In this document: positions 40,414-49,433 of the stretch, piece after piece | How the letters are laid out: every line of letters starts with the position of its first letter | Position numbering within the stretch: position 1 is the first letter of the stretch | From: Nitrosopumilus sp. | GTDB taxonomy: Archaea > Thermoproteota > Nitrososphaeria > Nitrososphaerales > Nitrosopumilaceae | Reading direction: 5' to 3' | DNA: 64,000 nucleotides | NCBI GenBank assembly: GCA_965219345.1 | Contig: OZ244732.1 | Span: 928,001-992,000, forward strand | The notes under the pieces: model-generated | Told to the model about the DNA's origin: nothing | Database searches by the model: none | What the model saw: the letters and a program-made list of their open reading frames with translations, nothing else | Translations under genes and position numbers: made by a program

Positions 40414-41482
40414 TAGAGATTATGCGTAATCGATCATAATATCCGCACAATACGTGGTTTTACGATACACACGCACGTCAGCGGCAGAACGGCTTGCAGC
40501 CAGATAATCCGCACAACACATGAACAAAAACGCCAGAATCCAAAATGCAATGCGCAGCCCTGCAGCACCGCCACGTGCTCCGAAATCACATCGTCAATCC
40601 GGTGGCACTTGCTGCCACCCGCGGCGCTAACCAAGAAATCTTCTGCGTAGCTTGGGACTTCCCCTGTGAAGCGTCTTCATCAGGTGCAGGTTTACCAGGC
40701 CCGCAACGACATTCATCTCGCAGTTGAGCTCGTCCTCGGTGCCGCCGTACGGCTCTGTCATCCTGGCATACTGCTTTATCCTGCCTATGCTGTTCTCCAC
40801 TGTCACCTTGATGCCGCCTACCTTCTTGTTGCGCTTCTTTTGCTCATCTGTCAGATTTCGGGCCTCCCCCTCCTTTCCCTTTCTTCTTCTTGGTCTTTTG
40901 TACGGCATGATTACGTTTGCGCCCAGAAGATCCTTTTGCATTCCCTGATACCCAAGATCCATGTATGCGGTAAACCTCTCGCTTTTTGGATTGGACCCGT
41001 CGTGCATTTTTTCAGCCCACCTGCCAAACGGAATCGGATCTTCCCTGAGCAGTGTTATGTCATGGGTCTTTCCAACGACGGTGCTGCCGATTCCCAGGAT
41101 GATGTTGTTTGTAGCGGACACTGGTTGTGTTGAACGTATGCCTCTTTTTCTTGCCTGAATACATCTCCTTTCTTCTGTCCTTCTTGCCGGAACGGCGCAC
41201 GGGTATGTGGGTGCCGTCGACCAGCAGCGTTCCTGCGCCCCTGCATTCACTGGGATGTTGATGCCATGTCTGGTCTTCCACAGGCCGCGCTCAAGATCCA
41301 GCTCCTCGTTTTTCTGCTCCAGCTCCTTGCCTTTCTGCCCCAGGGTCTTCTTTAGTTTTTTGATCTCCTGTTGCAGCCTGCGTATGGTTTGATCAGATGA
41401 ATCTGGCATTTGATGTGTGGCATGATCGTGTCTGATCTAAACTTATCGGCGTGGGGTTTGGAGGGATTACGCATAATCTCTA
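40414..41482 (-). mobile_element. GC-rich IS5-family (DDE_Tnp_4-type) element
   Basis: Perfect inverted repeats TAGAGATTATGCGTAATC / GATTACGCATAATCTCTA; composition shift. Confidence 0.85.
40627..41409 (-). pseudogene. IS5-family transposase, frameshifted
   Basis: LVDGT...YSGKKKRH in one frame; HD...DLGYQG...VENSIGRIK in another. Confidence 0.8.
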
Positions 41483-41549
41483 TTATTGGAGAATATATAA
41501 AATCACATAATAAGAGAGTAGAATCCAAAGAAATAAGTCCGAATTCTGT

Positions 41550-41611
41550 ATCAAATTATAACAAGAATTTGTTCTTTCTTGGACATCAAAATTTGCTATA
41601 TTCCAACTTCC
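41550..41611. repeat. 62-bp exact copy of 38452-38513 (internal to the EEP gene)
   Basis: ATCAAATTATAACAAG...CCAACTTCC identical at both sites, same orientation. Confidence 0.92.
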
Positions 41612-41887
41612 CAGATATTATGTAATTTCTGATTTAGAATCAGGTGATGCTGCTGATATATCACTACAGGTATCTGCTGCTCTAATTGATGACTTGTATA
41701 GAGGACCAGCAACACAAACAATTACATCAATTGTTGAATGTAATAGTTAATCTTTTTTTCTTTTTATTAATTTAAATTAAACATGAAACAATATTTTAGA
41801 TTGTATTGTTTTATTTAATATCAGAAATACTACTCTATCAAAATAAAAAACTAATAACTTTATAATTTGGATAAAATAATAAAACCT

Positions 41888-41976
41888 GTTGGCGTCGCCA
41901 AGCATGGTATGGCGTGAGTCTGATAAACTCAAATCTGATACCTTCGGATTCGCCGGTTCAAATCCGGCCGCCAACG
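41888..41976 (+). tRNA. Atypical tRNA: anticodon GAT (Ile), long variable arm, G73
   Basis: GTTGGCG/CGCCAAC acceptor, GCCA/TGGC D-stem, TGAGT-CTGATAA-ACTCA, AATCTGA/TCGGATT variable stem, GCCGG-TTCAAAT-CCGGC; TTTATAA at 41859. Confidence 0.88.
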
Positions 41977-42030
41977 GGTTTATGCTAAATGTAATATTCA
42001 CTATTATAAAAGATCATAGTATCAATTAAT

Positions 42031-43221
42031 TGTGGGATCCTGAAAGTAGTATACCCCCTATCTGACATCGTATTCCTCTCCCGTTTGTTCGTCAATAACT
42101 GTTTGTCCTGGGGATGGCATCTTTCTGGTGAATGCCCGCGCCGGTGTCTCTAGGTTGTCCAGATCAAGTGACATGTGTGGCCGGTCGTGGTTGAACCATT
42201 CCACAAACCGCTCCACGGGATCCGTCTTTGGTTTCGTGTTGAACGGTCCGCCCACACGGTCCGTCTCGGATCCTGCTGAACGCACCGTTCTGTAGGCCGA
42301 CTCCTCCTCGAAGAGGTGCAGTTTGCGCTGGAGTTCACCGTGAACCCTCTCGAGCTTGCCGTTTGTCTGCGGGTGTCTTACACGCGCCAGGATCTGCCTG
42401 ATGCCCAGCGACACCAGCTCCAGCTCAAATTCGGAGGCGCCTTTCTTCTTGTACTGCCCCTCGTTGGCGTAGAACTGGCTGCCGCGGTCAGTCAGAATGG
42501 ACGCGGGTTTGCCGTGCGCCTCCATTGCTGCCCTGAGAACCTCGATTGCGTGCCTGGAGGTGGCCTGATCAAAGACGCCGTATCCGACAATAAACCTGGA
42601 GGCGTCATCCAGATAGGCGATAAACCACCTTCCGTCATCCAGCTGCTTGTAGTCTGTGTGCCACATCGAGTTGGAGTAGGTGCGCTCAAAGCGGATCCAT
42701 TTGCGCCTCTTGCTCTTCTTGGGCTGCCTTGCCGACAGGTTGTTGTCCCTCATTATGCCGTGTACGGCATTGTGAGGGATATGTATTCCCTCTTCCTCCT
42801 CGATCAGTCGCTCCGTGCGGACGGCCCCCTGGCGGTGCCTGCAGTGTGCAGAGAGGACCGCAGTGTTCCCTGCGACCCGGAAGACCATTCTCGGGCCTGC
42901 CCATGCTAGCCGGGTAGACTATCCTGTCAGGTTCCACACCCTTGTACCTGGCCCACAGTTTCTTTACCCAGATCTCGGAGATGCCCATGGTATCTGCAAT
43001 CTGCCTGTTGGTCGTTTTGCCGGCCTTCTTCTGCAGGATTATCCACTTTACCTTTGACTCGTCAAGTTTTCTCATGACCCTGATGCGGCGCCTTCCGATA
43101 TGTCTCCACCTCTGTGTGCGCTTTAGGAACCCACGTACCATCATCTCAATTCTGCGTCTTGCTTCAGTCAGTATGCGTCCCTCCTATTTTGAGGGGGGTA
43201 TACTACTTTCTGGACTATACA
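42031..43221 (-). mobile_element. GC-rich IS481-family element with a 15-bp target duplication
   Basis: TGT...ACA ends; imperfect IR containing GAAAGTAGTATACCCCC; ATAGTATCAATTAAT at 42016-42030 and 43222-43236. Confidence 0.92.
42058..43076 (-). pseudogene. IS481 transposase, frameshifted near 42870
   Basis: HTH N-terminus (MRKLDESK...) in one frame; WHTD, DDASR, TDRGSQF, PQTNGKLER in another. Confidence 0.85.
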
Positions 43222-43248
43222 ATAGTATCAATTAATGATTTAACCATA

Positions 43249-43532
43249 ATGAATATATTAATTCGTAAAGCAACACAAAAAGACATACAGACTATATTGG
43301 AACTATTATACGAGTTAGGATGTCCAATGCAAAACTCATTAATGTGAATCTCACTGATGCAAATCTCCATAATGCAAATCTTACTAATACAGATCTAACC
43401 AATACAAAATTCCATAAGCAAACCTCTCTTATGCAGACCTTAGTGGTGCAAACCTCTATAGATCAAACCTCTCTTATGCAAACCTCATGGGTGCAAAACT
43501 CACTGGTGCAGGCCTTAAGGATACAGCATTAA
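43249..43532 (+). pseudogene. GNAT N-terminal fragment joined to a pentapeptide-repeat remnant
   Basis: MNILIRKATQKDIQTILELLYELG, then ANL/ADL pentapeptides across frameshifts. Confidence 0.55.
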
Positions 43533-43634
43533 ATAAGAAATTTTACTAATTCGACAAAACTTCATTGGTCATTTAAATTACAAAGAAAATTTCAAAATAG
43601 TTTCTTTAAATAACAAAATCGATGTCCATTATTA

Positions 43635-44291
43635 TTGGGTCTAAGAGAAATTGAACTTCAAGAAGAATATCGTTCAGATAGAAATGATATTGCATCGGAA
43701 TTTTTCTTTCCTTGCCTAAGTAATTGTATCGAGTATGATAGATGTGTTGACTTTTTGTCGATTCAGACGTTAGCCACAATCTCTATGGCATTTGATAATT
43801 TTGTTGCGGGTAAAGCAAAATTAAGAATTGTTACAGGCCACAGATTTAGAGCAGCAGATCTTGATCTATTTACAAAACTCTTTGATGCGAAATACACGAA
43901 ATCGTTTGAAGGAAAACAAATCAAAAACACCAAAATTGAAAAAATTGCAAGATTTTTTGACAATGGCCAAATTGAATTAAAGATTGCAATCCCAAACTCA
44001 GAAGAAGTTGCAGATTCATTCTCAGAGAGAATTGGGATATTTAGAGATGAGCATGATCAGATTGTTGCATTTACTGGTACCTCTAGTGAATCATTCTCTA
44101 CTCAGACAATAGATTTTGAATCCGTAGATGTGTTTACGTCATGGAATGACAAATCACGGGTTGAAAGAAAGATGAAAGATTTTGAGGATCTGTGGGAGAA
44201 CAAGACGAAATATGTGCAAGTTTATGATTTTATGTATGCAATAAAAAACAATCTTTTAAGATATTCATCTGAATGGGTATTACAAGATTAA
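43635..44291 (+). CDS. Stand-alone PLD-like domain related to N-termini of SF2/restriction helicases
   Basis: YRSD.ND....FF.PCL, IELKIA, GIFRD....VAFTG...FE..DVF.SW...FEDLW. Confidence 0.65.
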   Translation: MGLREIELQEEYRSDRNDIASEFFFPCLSNCIEYDRCVDFLSIQTLATISMAFDNFVAGKAKLRIVTGHRFRAADLDLFTKLFDAKYTKSFEGKQIKNTKIEKIARFFDNGQIELKIAIPNSEEVADSFSERIGIFRDEHDQIVAFTGTSSESFSTQTIDFESVDVFTSWNDKSRVERKMKDFEDLWENKTKYVQVYDFMYAIKNNLLRYSSEWVLQD

Positions 44292-44851
44292 AGCTGAAAT
44301 GACTCTTCTAATCTAGCTTTGTTTTCATAGAAATTCATTCTATTGATTTTATAGTAGATAACTTCACCACGACGTTCAATGACTGCAATAATTGGTTCTT
44401 TTCCCATCTGAGTGATCTCTTCAATCTTTTTCTGTAGATTGCCCATCTTTTCTTGTTGGCCCTCATTAAGGCCGAAGATTAGAAATTTTGCACCCTTTTC
44501 GCCAAAGTGTCCTCTTTCATAAACTCTAAAGTCCGAACCAAACCCAAAACCGTCCTTTACAACATAACCGCGATTTCGAAGATCTCGGTATATCAAAAAT
44601 TTGGTTAGAATTTCAGGATTTATTTTTTGACAAAGACTCATGAAAGAGTTAAAATCAATCTGTTTTTTTCCTTTCTTTAGGGTTAGTCTTTTAGCGTATA
44701 ACAGGTAAAGAGTTTCAAATTGTTTTAGGAGTAATTTTCCTTTTTCAATTTCCCCATATCCCTTTTGCTCAAGTTCATGAATCATATTCTTATCAGAGAT
44801 GTAAGTCTGACTTGAAATCATCTCACCCTTGACCAAAGGAGTTTCTTCCAT
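44288..44851 (-). CDS. endA: tRNA splicing endonuclease catalytic subunit
   Basis: YRDLRNRGYVVK.GFGFGSDFRVY. Confidence 0.9.
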   Translation of the reverse strand: MEETPLVKGEMISSQTYISDKNMIHELEQKGYGEIEKGKLLLKQFETLYLLYAKRLTLKKGKKQIDFNSFMSLCQKINPEILTKFLIYRDLRNRGYVVKDGFGFGSDFRVYERGHFGEKGAKFLIFGLNEGQQEKMGNLQKKIEEITQMGKEPIIAVIERRGEVIYYKINRMNFYENKARLEESFQL

Positions 44852-44950
44852 GATGAAGAGAAAGCCAAAGGATTTCCATATAAGCATTGGATAACATGAA
44901 TAAATGCTGGGTTAACCGTTAAAATATGGGCATTCTTGTTTTAGGATGTC

Positions 44951-45460
44951 ATGCATGGTGCAAATTATAGAAGAGGAGTTGGGCAAGCTTTTACTAGAAA
45001 GGAGTACATCAAAGGTAAACCACAGATAAAAATTGCAAAATTTCAAGGTGGTAAAAGAGGAACATACCAATATCGTGTTCAATTAAGTCTAAACGAAAAG
45101 ATTCAGATCAGACATATGGCAATCGAGTCAACCAGATTAGCAGCAAACAAGACATTGGAGAAAACAACTGGAGAAACAGGTTATTATTCCAGACTAAGAA
45201 TTTATCCACATATTCTTCTAAGAGAAAACAAACAGATTGCAACTGCAGGTGCAGACAGAATTTCAGAAGGAATGAGAAGATCATGGGGTAAAGCCACAAG
45301 TTTAGGTGCTAGAGTCAAACAAGGTCAATGTATAATGGAGTTATACGTAAATGGTAATGATCATTTAGAGGCAGCAAAGAAAGCTCTCAAAGGCGCATGT
45401 GTAAAATTACCTGGCACACCAACAATCTCAATGCTTGAATGGAACAAACCATCACCATAA
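44951..45460 (+). CDS. rpl10e: Ribosomal protein L10e/L16
   Basis: LRENK...AGADRISEGMR. Confidence 0.96.
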   Translation: MHGANYRRGVGQAFTRKEYIKGKPQIKIAKFQGGKRGTYQYRVQLSLNEKIQIRHMAIESTRLAANKTLEKTTGETGYYSRLRIYPHILLRENKQIATAGADRISEGMRRSWGKATSLGARVKQGQCIMELYVNGNDHLEAAKKALKGACVKLPGTPTISMLEWNKPSP

Positions 45461-45715
45461 ATTTTCTAAATTAGATTTCTTGGTTTTGATAAATTCTAAA
45501 AACTCTTCAAATTCTTCTTTAGTTGGCTCTCGATTAAGAATTCTTTTGGATTGATAGTAAAAGGAGTTGTAAATTCTACCCACTACAATACCTAAAGCAA
45601 ATGATTTTGAACCGTCAATGTTTGATAGAAATTGAATTAATTGTTTGATTTCATCCTTATTCGAAACTGTATCTTGAATTTTTTCCTCCATCTTCTTTAG
45701 AAGAATTTTATCCAT
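45452..45715 (-). CDS. Hypothetical protein
   Basis: Clean 87-aa ORF. Confidence 0.7.
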   Translation of the reverse strand: MDKILLKKMEEKIQDTVSNKDEIKQLIQFLSNIDGSKSFALGIVVGRIYNSFYYQSKRILNREPTKEEFEEFLEFIKTKKSNLENLW

Positions 45716-45778
45716 ATTGTATCTTAATTGAAATAGTTAAAAACAGTTTAATATCCAAATTTAGCCTCTAGGATTGTT

Positions 45779-45855
45779 GCAGTTATAGTACAGTTTGGTT
45801 AATATTCTAGCTTGCCAAGTTAGTGACCCGGGTTCAAATCCCGGTAACTGCACCA
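45779..45855 (+). tRNA. tRNA-Gly(GCC), encoded CCA
   Basis: GCAGTTA/TAACTGC, CTAGC-TTGCCAA-GTTAG, CCGGG-TTCAAAT-CCCGG, ACCA end. Confidence 0.93.
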
Positions 45856-46286
45856 TCTATCTTTGATTTCTTTGCTAGCCCATTATGAATAATTTCCAGT
45901 GCATCATGAGCTTTTTCTGGACGAGGCAATTGAATCATAAACACATTGTCCTTTCCGTAATGAGAATGTGGAGAAGAGAGAGCAAGCATGGATGTTTTTG
46001 CAAGAGATTCAAAAAATGAAAGATCAGATTTTGCGTTAACTAGAAATTTTTCAACAATATTTCCTCTTGAAAATGTTAAAACAACTTCAACAAAAACATT
46101 TCCTTGCCCATCGTGGAGAATTTTTAGATCAGTATTAATCGATAAAGGTTGTCCAGCAACTTTTGAGAGCATATCATCGTATTTTTCTTCTTCAATTACA
46201 ATACATGGGGTGTTCTTACCATCAAAATCAAAAGTGGTAATTCCATCATGGACTTGGTCTAACAGTCTCTTTAATTCATCAGACAT
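45834..46286 (-). CDS. Hypothetical protein (3' end overlaps tRNA-Gly)
   Basis: 150-aa ORF coupled to the antiporter gene. Confidence 0.7.
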   Translation of the reverse strand: MSDELKRLLDQVHDGITTFDFDGKNTPCIVIEEEKYDDMLSKVAGQPLSINTDLKILHDGQGNVFVEVVLTFSRGNIVEKFLVNAKSDLSFFESLAKTSMLALSSPHSHYGKDNVFMIQLPRPEKAHDALEIIHNGLAKKSKIDGAVTGI

Positions 46287-47625
46287 TTTCTTTCTTTTCT
46301 ACTACAGGTATTATTCTATCACCAGCTTTCATCAAAAAGGGAGTAAGAATTGCGGTAATTATGGAAATCATACCTATCAAAGGGAATAAGAAAGCACTAA
46401 CTGCACCCATATCTACTCCAACCTTTACAATTACAATCGAGAATTCGCCTCTTGGAGCTGCTAAGGAAAATGCAGAACGGAGTGCTTTGCCACGTTTTTG
46501 TCTAAATATGATATTCCCAATCATATTACCTCCAAACTTCATGCCAGTGGCAACTGCAATCAAAACAATGGCTATAACAATATAATTTTCAAGCTGGGAA
46601 GCATCCATCAGTGCACCAACTGAGATAAAGAATATGGCTACAAACATGTCTTTTATTGGACTTGAAAGAAGTTTTGAAACTTCGGCTGATCTGGATTCGG
46701 CAACAAGTACACCTGCTAAAAATGCTCCAATTGCTACAGATAATCCCACAATGTTTGCAAATAAGGCATATCCAAAACAGAGACCAAGAACACTGAGCAG
46801 TAAAATTTCACGATGTTCTGTAGCTGCAACTCTATCGATTAGTGGAGGAATTACACGGGTTCCAACAGTAAACGTTCCAACAATAAGAGCAATTGCAACT
46901 GTCACTACTGCAATAATGGATTCTATAGATACAGTTCCAACTAAAGCAATAGATTGCAATGAAGAAATTAGAATAACCGCAATCACATCTTCAACAATTA
47001 AAATACCTAGGACAAGTAAAGAGGACTCTTTTTTGATTTGCCCCGTATCCTCAAAAATTTTAACAATAATTGCAGTACTTGATATTGATAGTGCCGCTGA
47101 AATAAATAATGCATCCATAAATTGAAGCCCAAGCACACTAGCAACGTAAAATATGACGCCCATTGTTGAAAACAACCCTACAGTCCCAATTCCAACTGCT
47201 TTACGACCAATGCTTTTGATTTTTGAATATGGGAATTCAATACCTATTACAAAAAGAAGCAAGATGACACCAATTTCAGCAAAAAGATTCAATGCCTCAG
47301 TATCAGATAAAATTCCTACAGCTCCTAAAACTTCAGAATTAGGGCCGCCTTCGGGTAAAAGCCACGACCAAAATGGTGACAGAGGACCAAGCAACATTCC
47401 TGCAAAAAGATAGCCAATGATCAAAGGTTGTTTTATTTTAAAAAATGCAAGTGTAACTACAGCACCAATAATCATGATAAAAGCTAAATCAGTAACAAAA
47501 CTCGTGTGAGGAAGTTCAGGAGTAATCTGTTCAATTAAACTGGTGACAGTGTTATTTAGAGTGCTTTGAATCCCACTTGAATCTAGTTGAAGTGGAATAT
47601 TTTGCATAATATTATTTTTAAGCAA
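46279..47625 (-). CDS. CPA2 cation:proton antiporter
   Basis: Many TMs; LLFVIG.E, SSTAI, EDV, GAFLAG, PRGEFS. Confidence 0.92.
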   Translation of the reverse strand: MLKNNIMQNIPLQLDSSGIQSTLNNTVTSLIEQITPELPHTSFVTDLAFIMIIGAVVTLAFFKIKQPLIIGYLFAGMLLGPLSPFWSWLLPEGGPNSEVLGAVGILSDTEALNLFAEIGVILLLFVIGIEFPYSKIKSIGRKAVGIGTVGLFSTMGVIFYVASVLGLQFMDALFISAALSISSTAIIVKIFEDTGQIKKESSLLVLGILIVEDVIAVILISSLQSIALVGTVSIESIIAVVTVAIALIVGTFTVGTRVIPPLIDRVAATEHREILLLSVLGLCFGYALFANIVGLSVAIGAFLAGVLVAESRSAEVSKLLSSPIKDMFVAIFFISVGALMDASQLENYIVIAIVLIAVATGMKFGGNMIGNIIFRQKRGKALRSAFSLAAPRGEFSIVIVKVGVDMGAVSAFLFPLIGMISIITAILTPFLMKAGDRIIPVVEKKENV

Positions 47626-47753
47626 ATTTGTTTAAAAATGATTATTCGCTTAAAATTTAGAAATTAAATGATAGAATATTAAATAATTGAAGACAGGCTC
47701 AATATTATGATCATCATGTTTAATCCCTTTATTCCAAGTTAATCATAATCCAA

Positions 47754-47819
47754 ATGCAGAGTGATGATTAGGTCATCTGAATAAAATGTAGAGATATGAC
47801 CTGGGGTATCTGACTGCAT
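47754..47819 (+). ncRNA. Candidate box C/D sRNA
   Basis: Terminal stem ATGCAG/CTGCAT, box C GTGATGA (47761), D' CTGA (47777), D CTGA (47810). Confidence 0.7.
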
Positions 47820-47850
47820 AATTGGTTACGTTGTAATTACCCAATTATTA

Positions 47851-47875
47851 ATAGTACGGTATCATACCGTACTAT
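47851..47875. promoter_or_regulatory. Perfect 12-bp inverted repeat (operator-like)
   Basis: ATAGTACGGTAT-C-ATACCGTACTAT directly before an ATG. Confidence 0.6.
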
Positions 47876-47983
47876 ATGATTCAATGCGAATTTTGCACGA
47901 GAGGATTTATTGAAACAGCAAATGGTTTGGCTGAAAAGACCTTTCATGAACTACTTCATGAACCACAAGTTGTAAACAAGTAA
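47876..47983 (+). CDS. 35-aa C2H2 zinc-finger microprotein
   Basis: MIQCEFCTRGFIETANGLAEKTFHELLHEPQVVNK. Confidence 0.6.
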   Translation: MIQCEFCTRGFIETANGLAEKTFHELLHEPQVVNK

Positions 47984-48044
47984 CTCTTTACATTTTTTAT
48001 TTTAGAGCTAACTTTTTTATCATTAAATTTTTAATTTAATTCAT

Positions 48045-49433
48045 ATGGCTAAAAAGACTGTAAAGAGAAAAACAACCAAAGTAGCAAGCCAAACAAGAAA
48101 AATTACAAAAAGGGAGCCAAGTCAGTCTGTATTACTTAAGAATGTTGCATCATTTTCGGATTCTAACAAGGCTTTGCAAAAAGAGATCAAAGTTATGTCA
48201 AAAATTTTTGGTGAAAATCAAAAGGTCCTAGTATCAATGAAAGGAATGATAGATTCTCTATCATCTACATTAGAACACATTCAAAAACAATCTAAACAAA
48301 TCAACATCATAGAAGCAGATACACAAAAACTATACTCTGGATTAAGTCAAGTAAGAACACAATCTAACCTGGTCAATAAGATCAATGATCAAACTGCTAA
48401 ATTACAAGGAGAGGTAAACAGAATCTCTGATTTTCAAAAATCATCAAAGTCAGTATCTCAACAAGTAACAGATAGTATGGATTCAATTAAAAATAATTCT
48501 CAAATGATTATCAAAATTGCTCAGAGGATTGATGATGTTAGAGATGATCTCAGGAAGGTTTCTGGAAAAACAGACTCATTTTTAGAAATTAGTTCTGAAA
48601 TGAGTAAACTGAAAAACAGCATAGAAGGGATTTCAGGAAAAACCGGAGGAACAGGAACTCAAATTATTGAAAGTCTCAAACAAGAACTTGGAAAAATTGT
48701 TGATGGTACATCCTTTACATCAAATCTTAATGCCGAATTAGAGGCAATTAAGATCACAATTGATGCAATATCTTCCAAAGCCTCAAAAATTGATTCATTG
48801 GGAGGTGTAATTGATGGCCTCAAACAACAATTTGATACTATTGCATTAAAGGCAAATTCTGTAGAGGGTTTGAGCCTAGAATCTATCAAAGAACTTGAAG
48901 GTAAAATAAATAGAATCGAACAAAAAATGGCGTCGGTTTCAGACATTGTAAAAAGACAGGATGCATCGACTGTAGAATTTCATAAAAAATCTGAAAAATT
49001 ATTTGAAGAGATGCAAGCAGTCAAAAATGTTACAAGCAAAGCAACAAGTGATTCATCACAGGAGATGATGGCATTGTTGAAGCTTTCAGAATATCAATCA
49101 AACATCAGAATGAATGCAGAATCAAAGTATGGGGATTCAAAAGATCTTGAAAAGATGGCATCACAAACTGCGGATATTGTTAATCTTTTTGATAGAATTT
49201 CAATAGAATCGGGTGATAAGATTCCACTCCCTCACGAAGTGAGACAATGGGCTATTAGTAAAATTTTTGATTGTGCAGATAAATGGGAGATTCGATTTAG
49301 TGATATCTATTCAATTTTAACAAATGCAATTGGAAGAGACATGTTTAAAGAAACTGTGAGAATTCAGCAAGTTAGAGACATTTATGGAATTAGAGCAGTA
49401 GATGAAATTAGAAATGATCTAAATATTTCTTAA
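48045..49433 (+). CDS. Long coiled-coil protein
   Basis: Heptad-rich 462-aa ORF with a basic N-terminus. Confidence 0.75.
   Translation: MAKKTVKRKTTKVASQTRKITKREPSQSVLLKNVASFSDSNKALQKEIKVMSKIFGENQKVLVSMKGMIDSLSSTLEHIQKQSKQINIIEADTQKLYSGLSQVRTQSNLVNKINDQTAKLQGEVNRISDFQKSSKSVSQQVTDSMDSIKNNSQMIIKIAQRIDDVRDDLRKVSGKTDSFLEISSEMSKLKNSIEGISGKTGGTGTQIIESLKQELGKIVDGTSFTSNLNAELEAIKITIDAISSKASKIDSLGGVIDGLKQQFDTIALKANSVEGLSLESIKELEGKINRIEQKMASVSDIVKRQDASTVEFHKKSEKLFEEMQAVKNVTSKATSDSSQEMMALLKLSEYQSNIRMNAESKYGDSKDLEKMASQTADIVNLFDRISIESGDKIPLPHEVRQWAISKIFDCADKWEIRFSDIYSILTNAIGRDMFKETVRIQQVRDIYGIRAVDEIRNDLNIS

Noticed and set aside
38452-41611. DGR template/variable repeat pair
   Set aside because: The copies are identical with no adenine-specific mismatches, and there is no reverse transcriptase in the window
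41777-42001. 74-aa minus-strand ORF
   Set aside because: It is the antisense of the tRNA and its promoter
40434-43235. Many overlapping ORFs in the two IS elements
   Set aside because: Shadow ORFs caused by high GC; only the transposase frames carry motifs
43249-43330. GNAT fragment as a tRNA-acetylating toxin partner of tRNA copy 2
   Set aside because: Only about 25 residues remain, which is too little to assign a family
45834-45855. CDS overlapping the tRNA-Gly 3' end as an integration scar
   Set aside because: No duplicated tRNA end or integrase nearby; a short convergent overlap explains it
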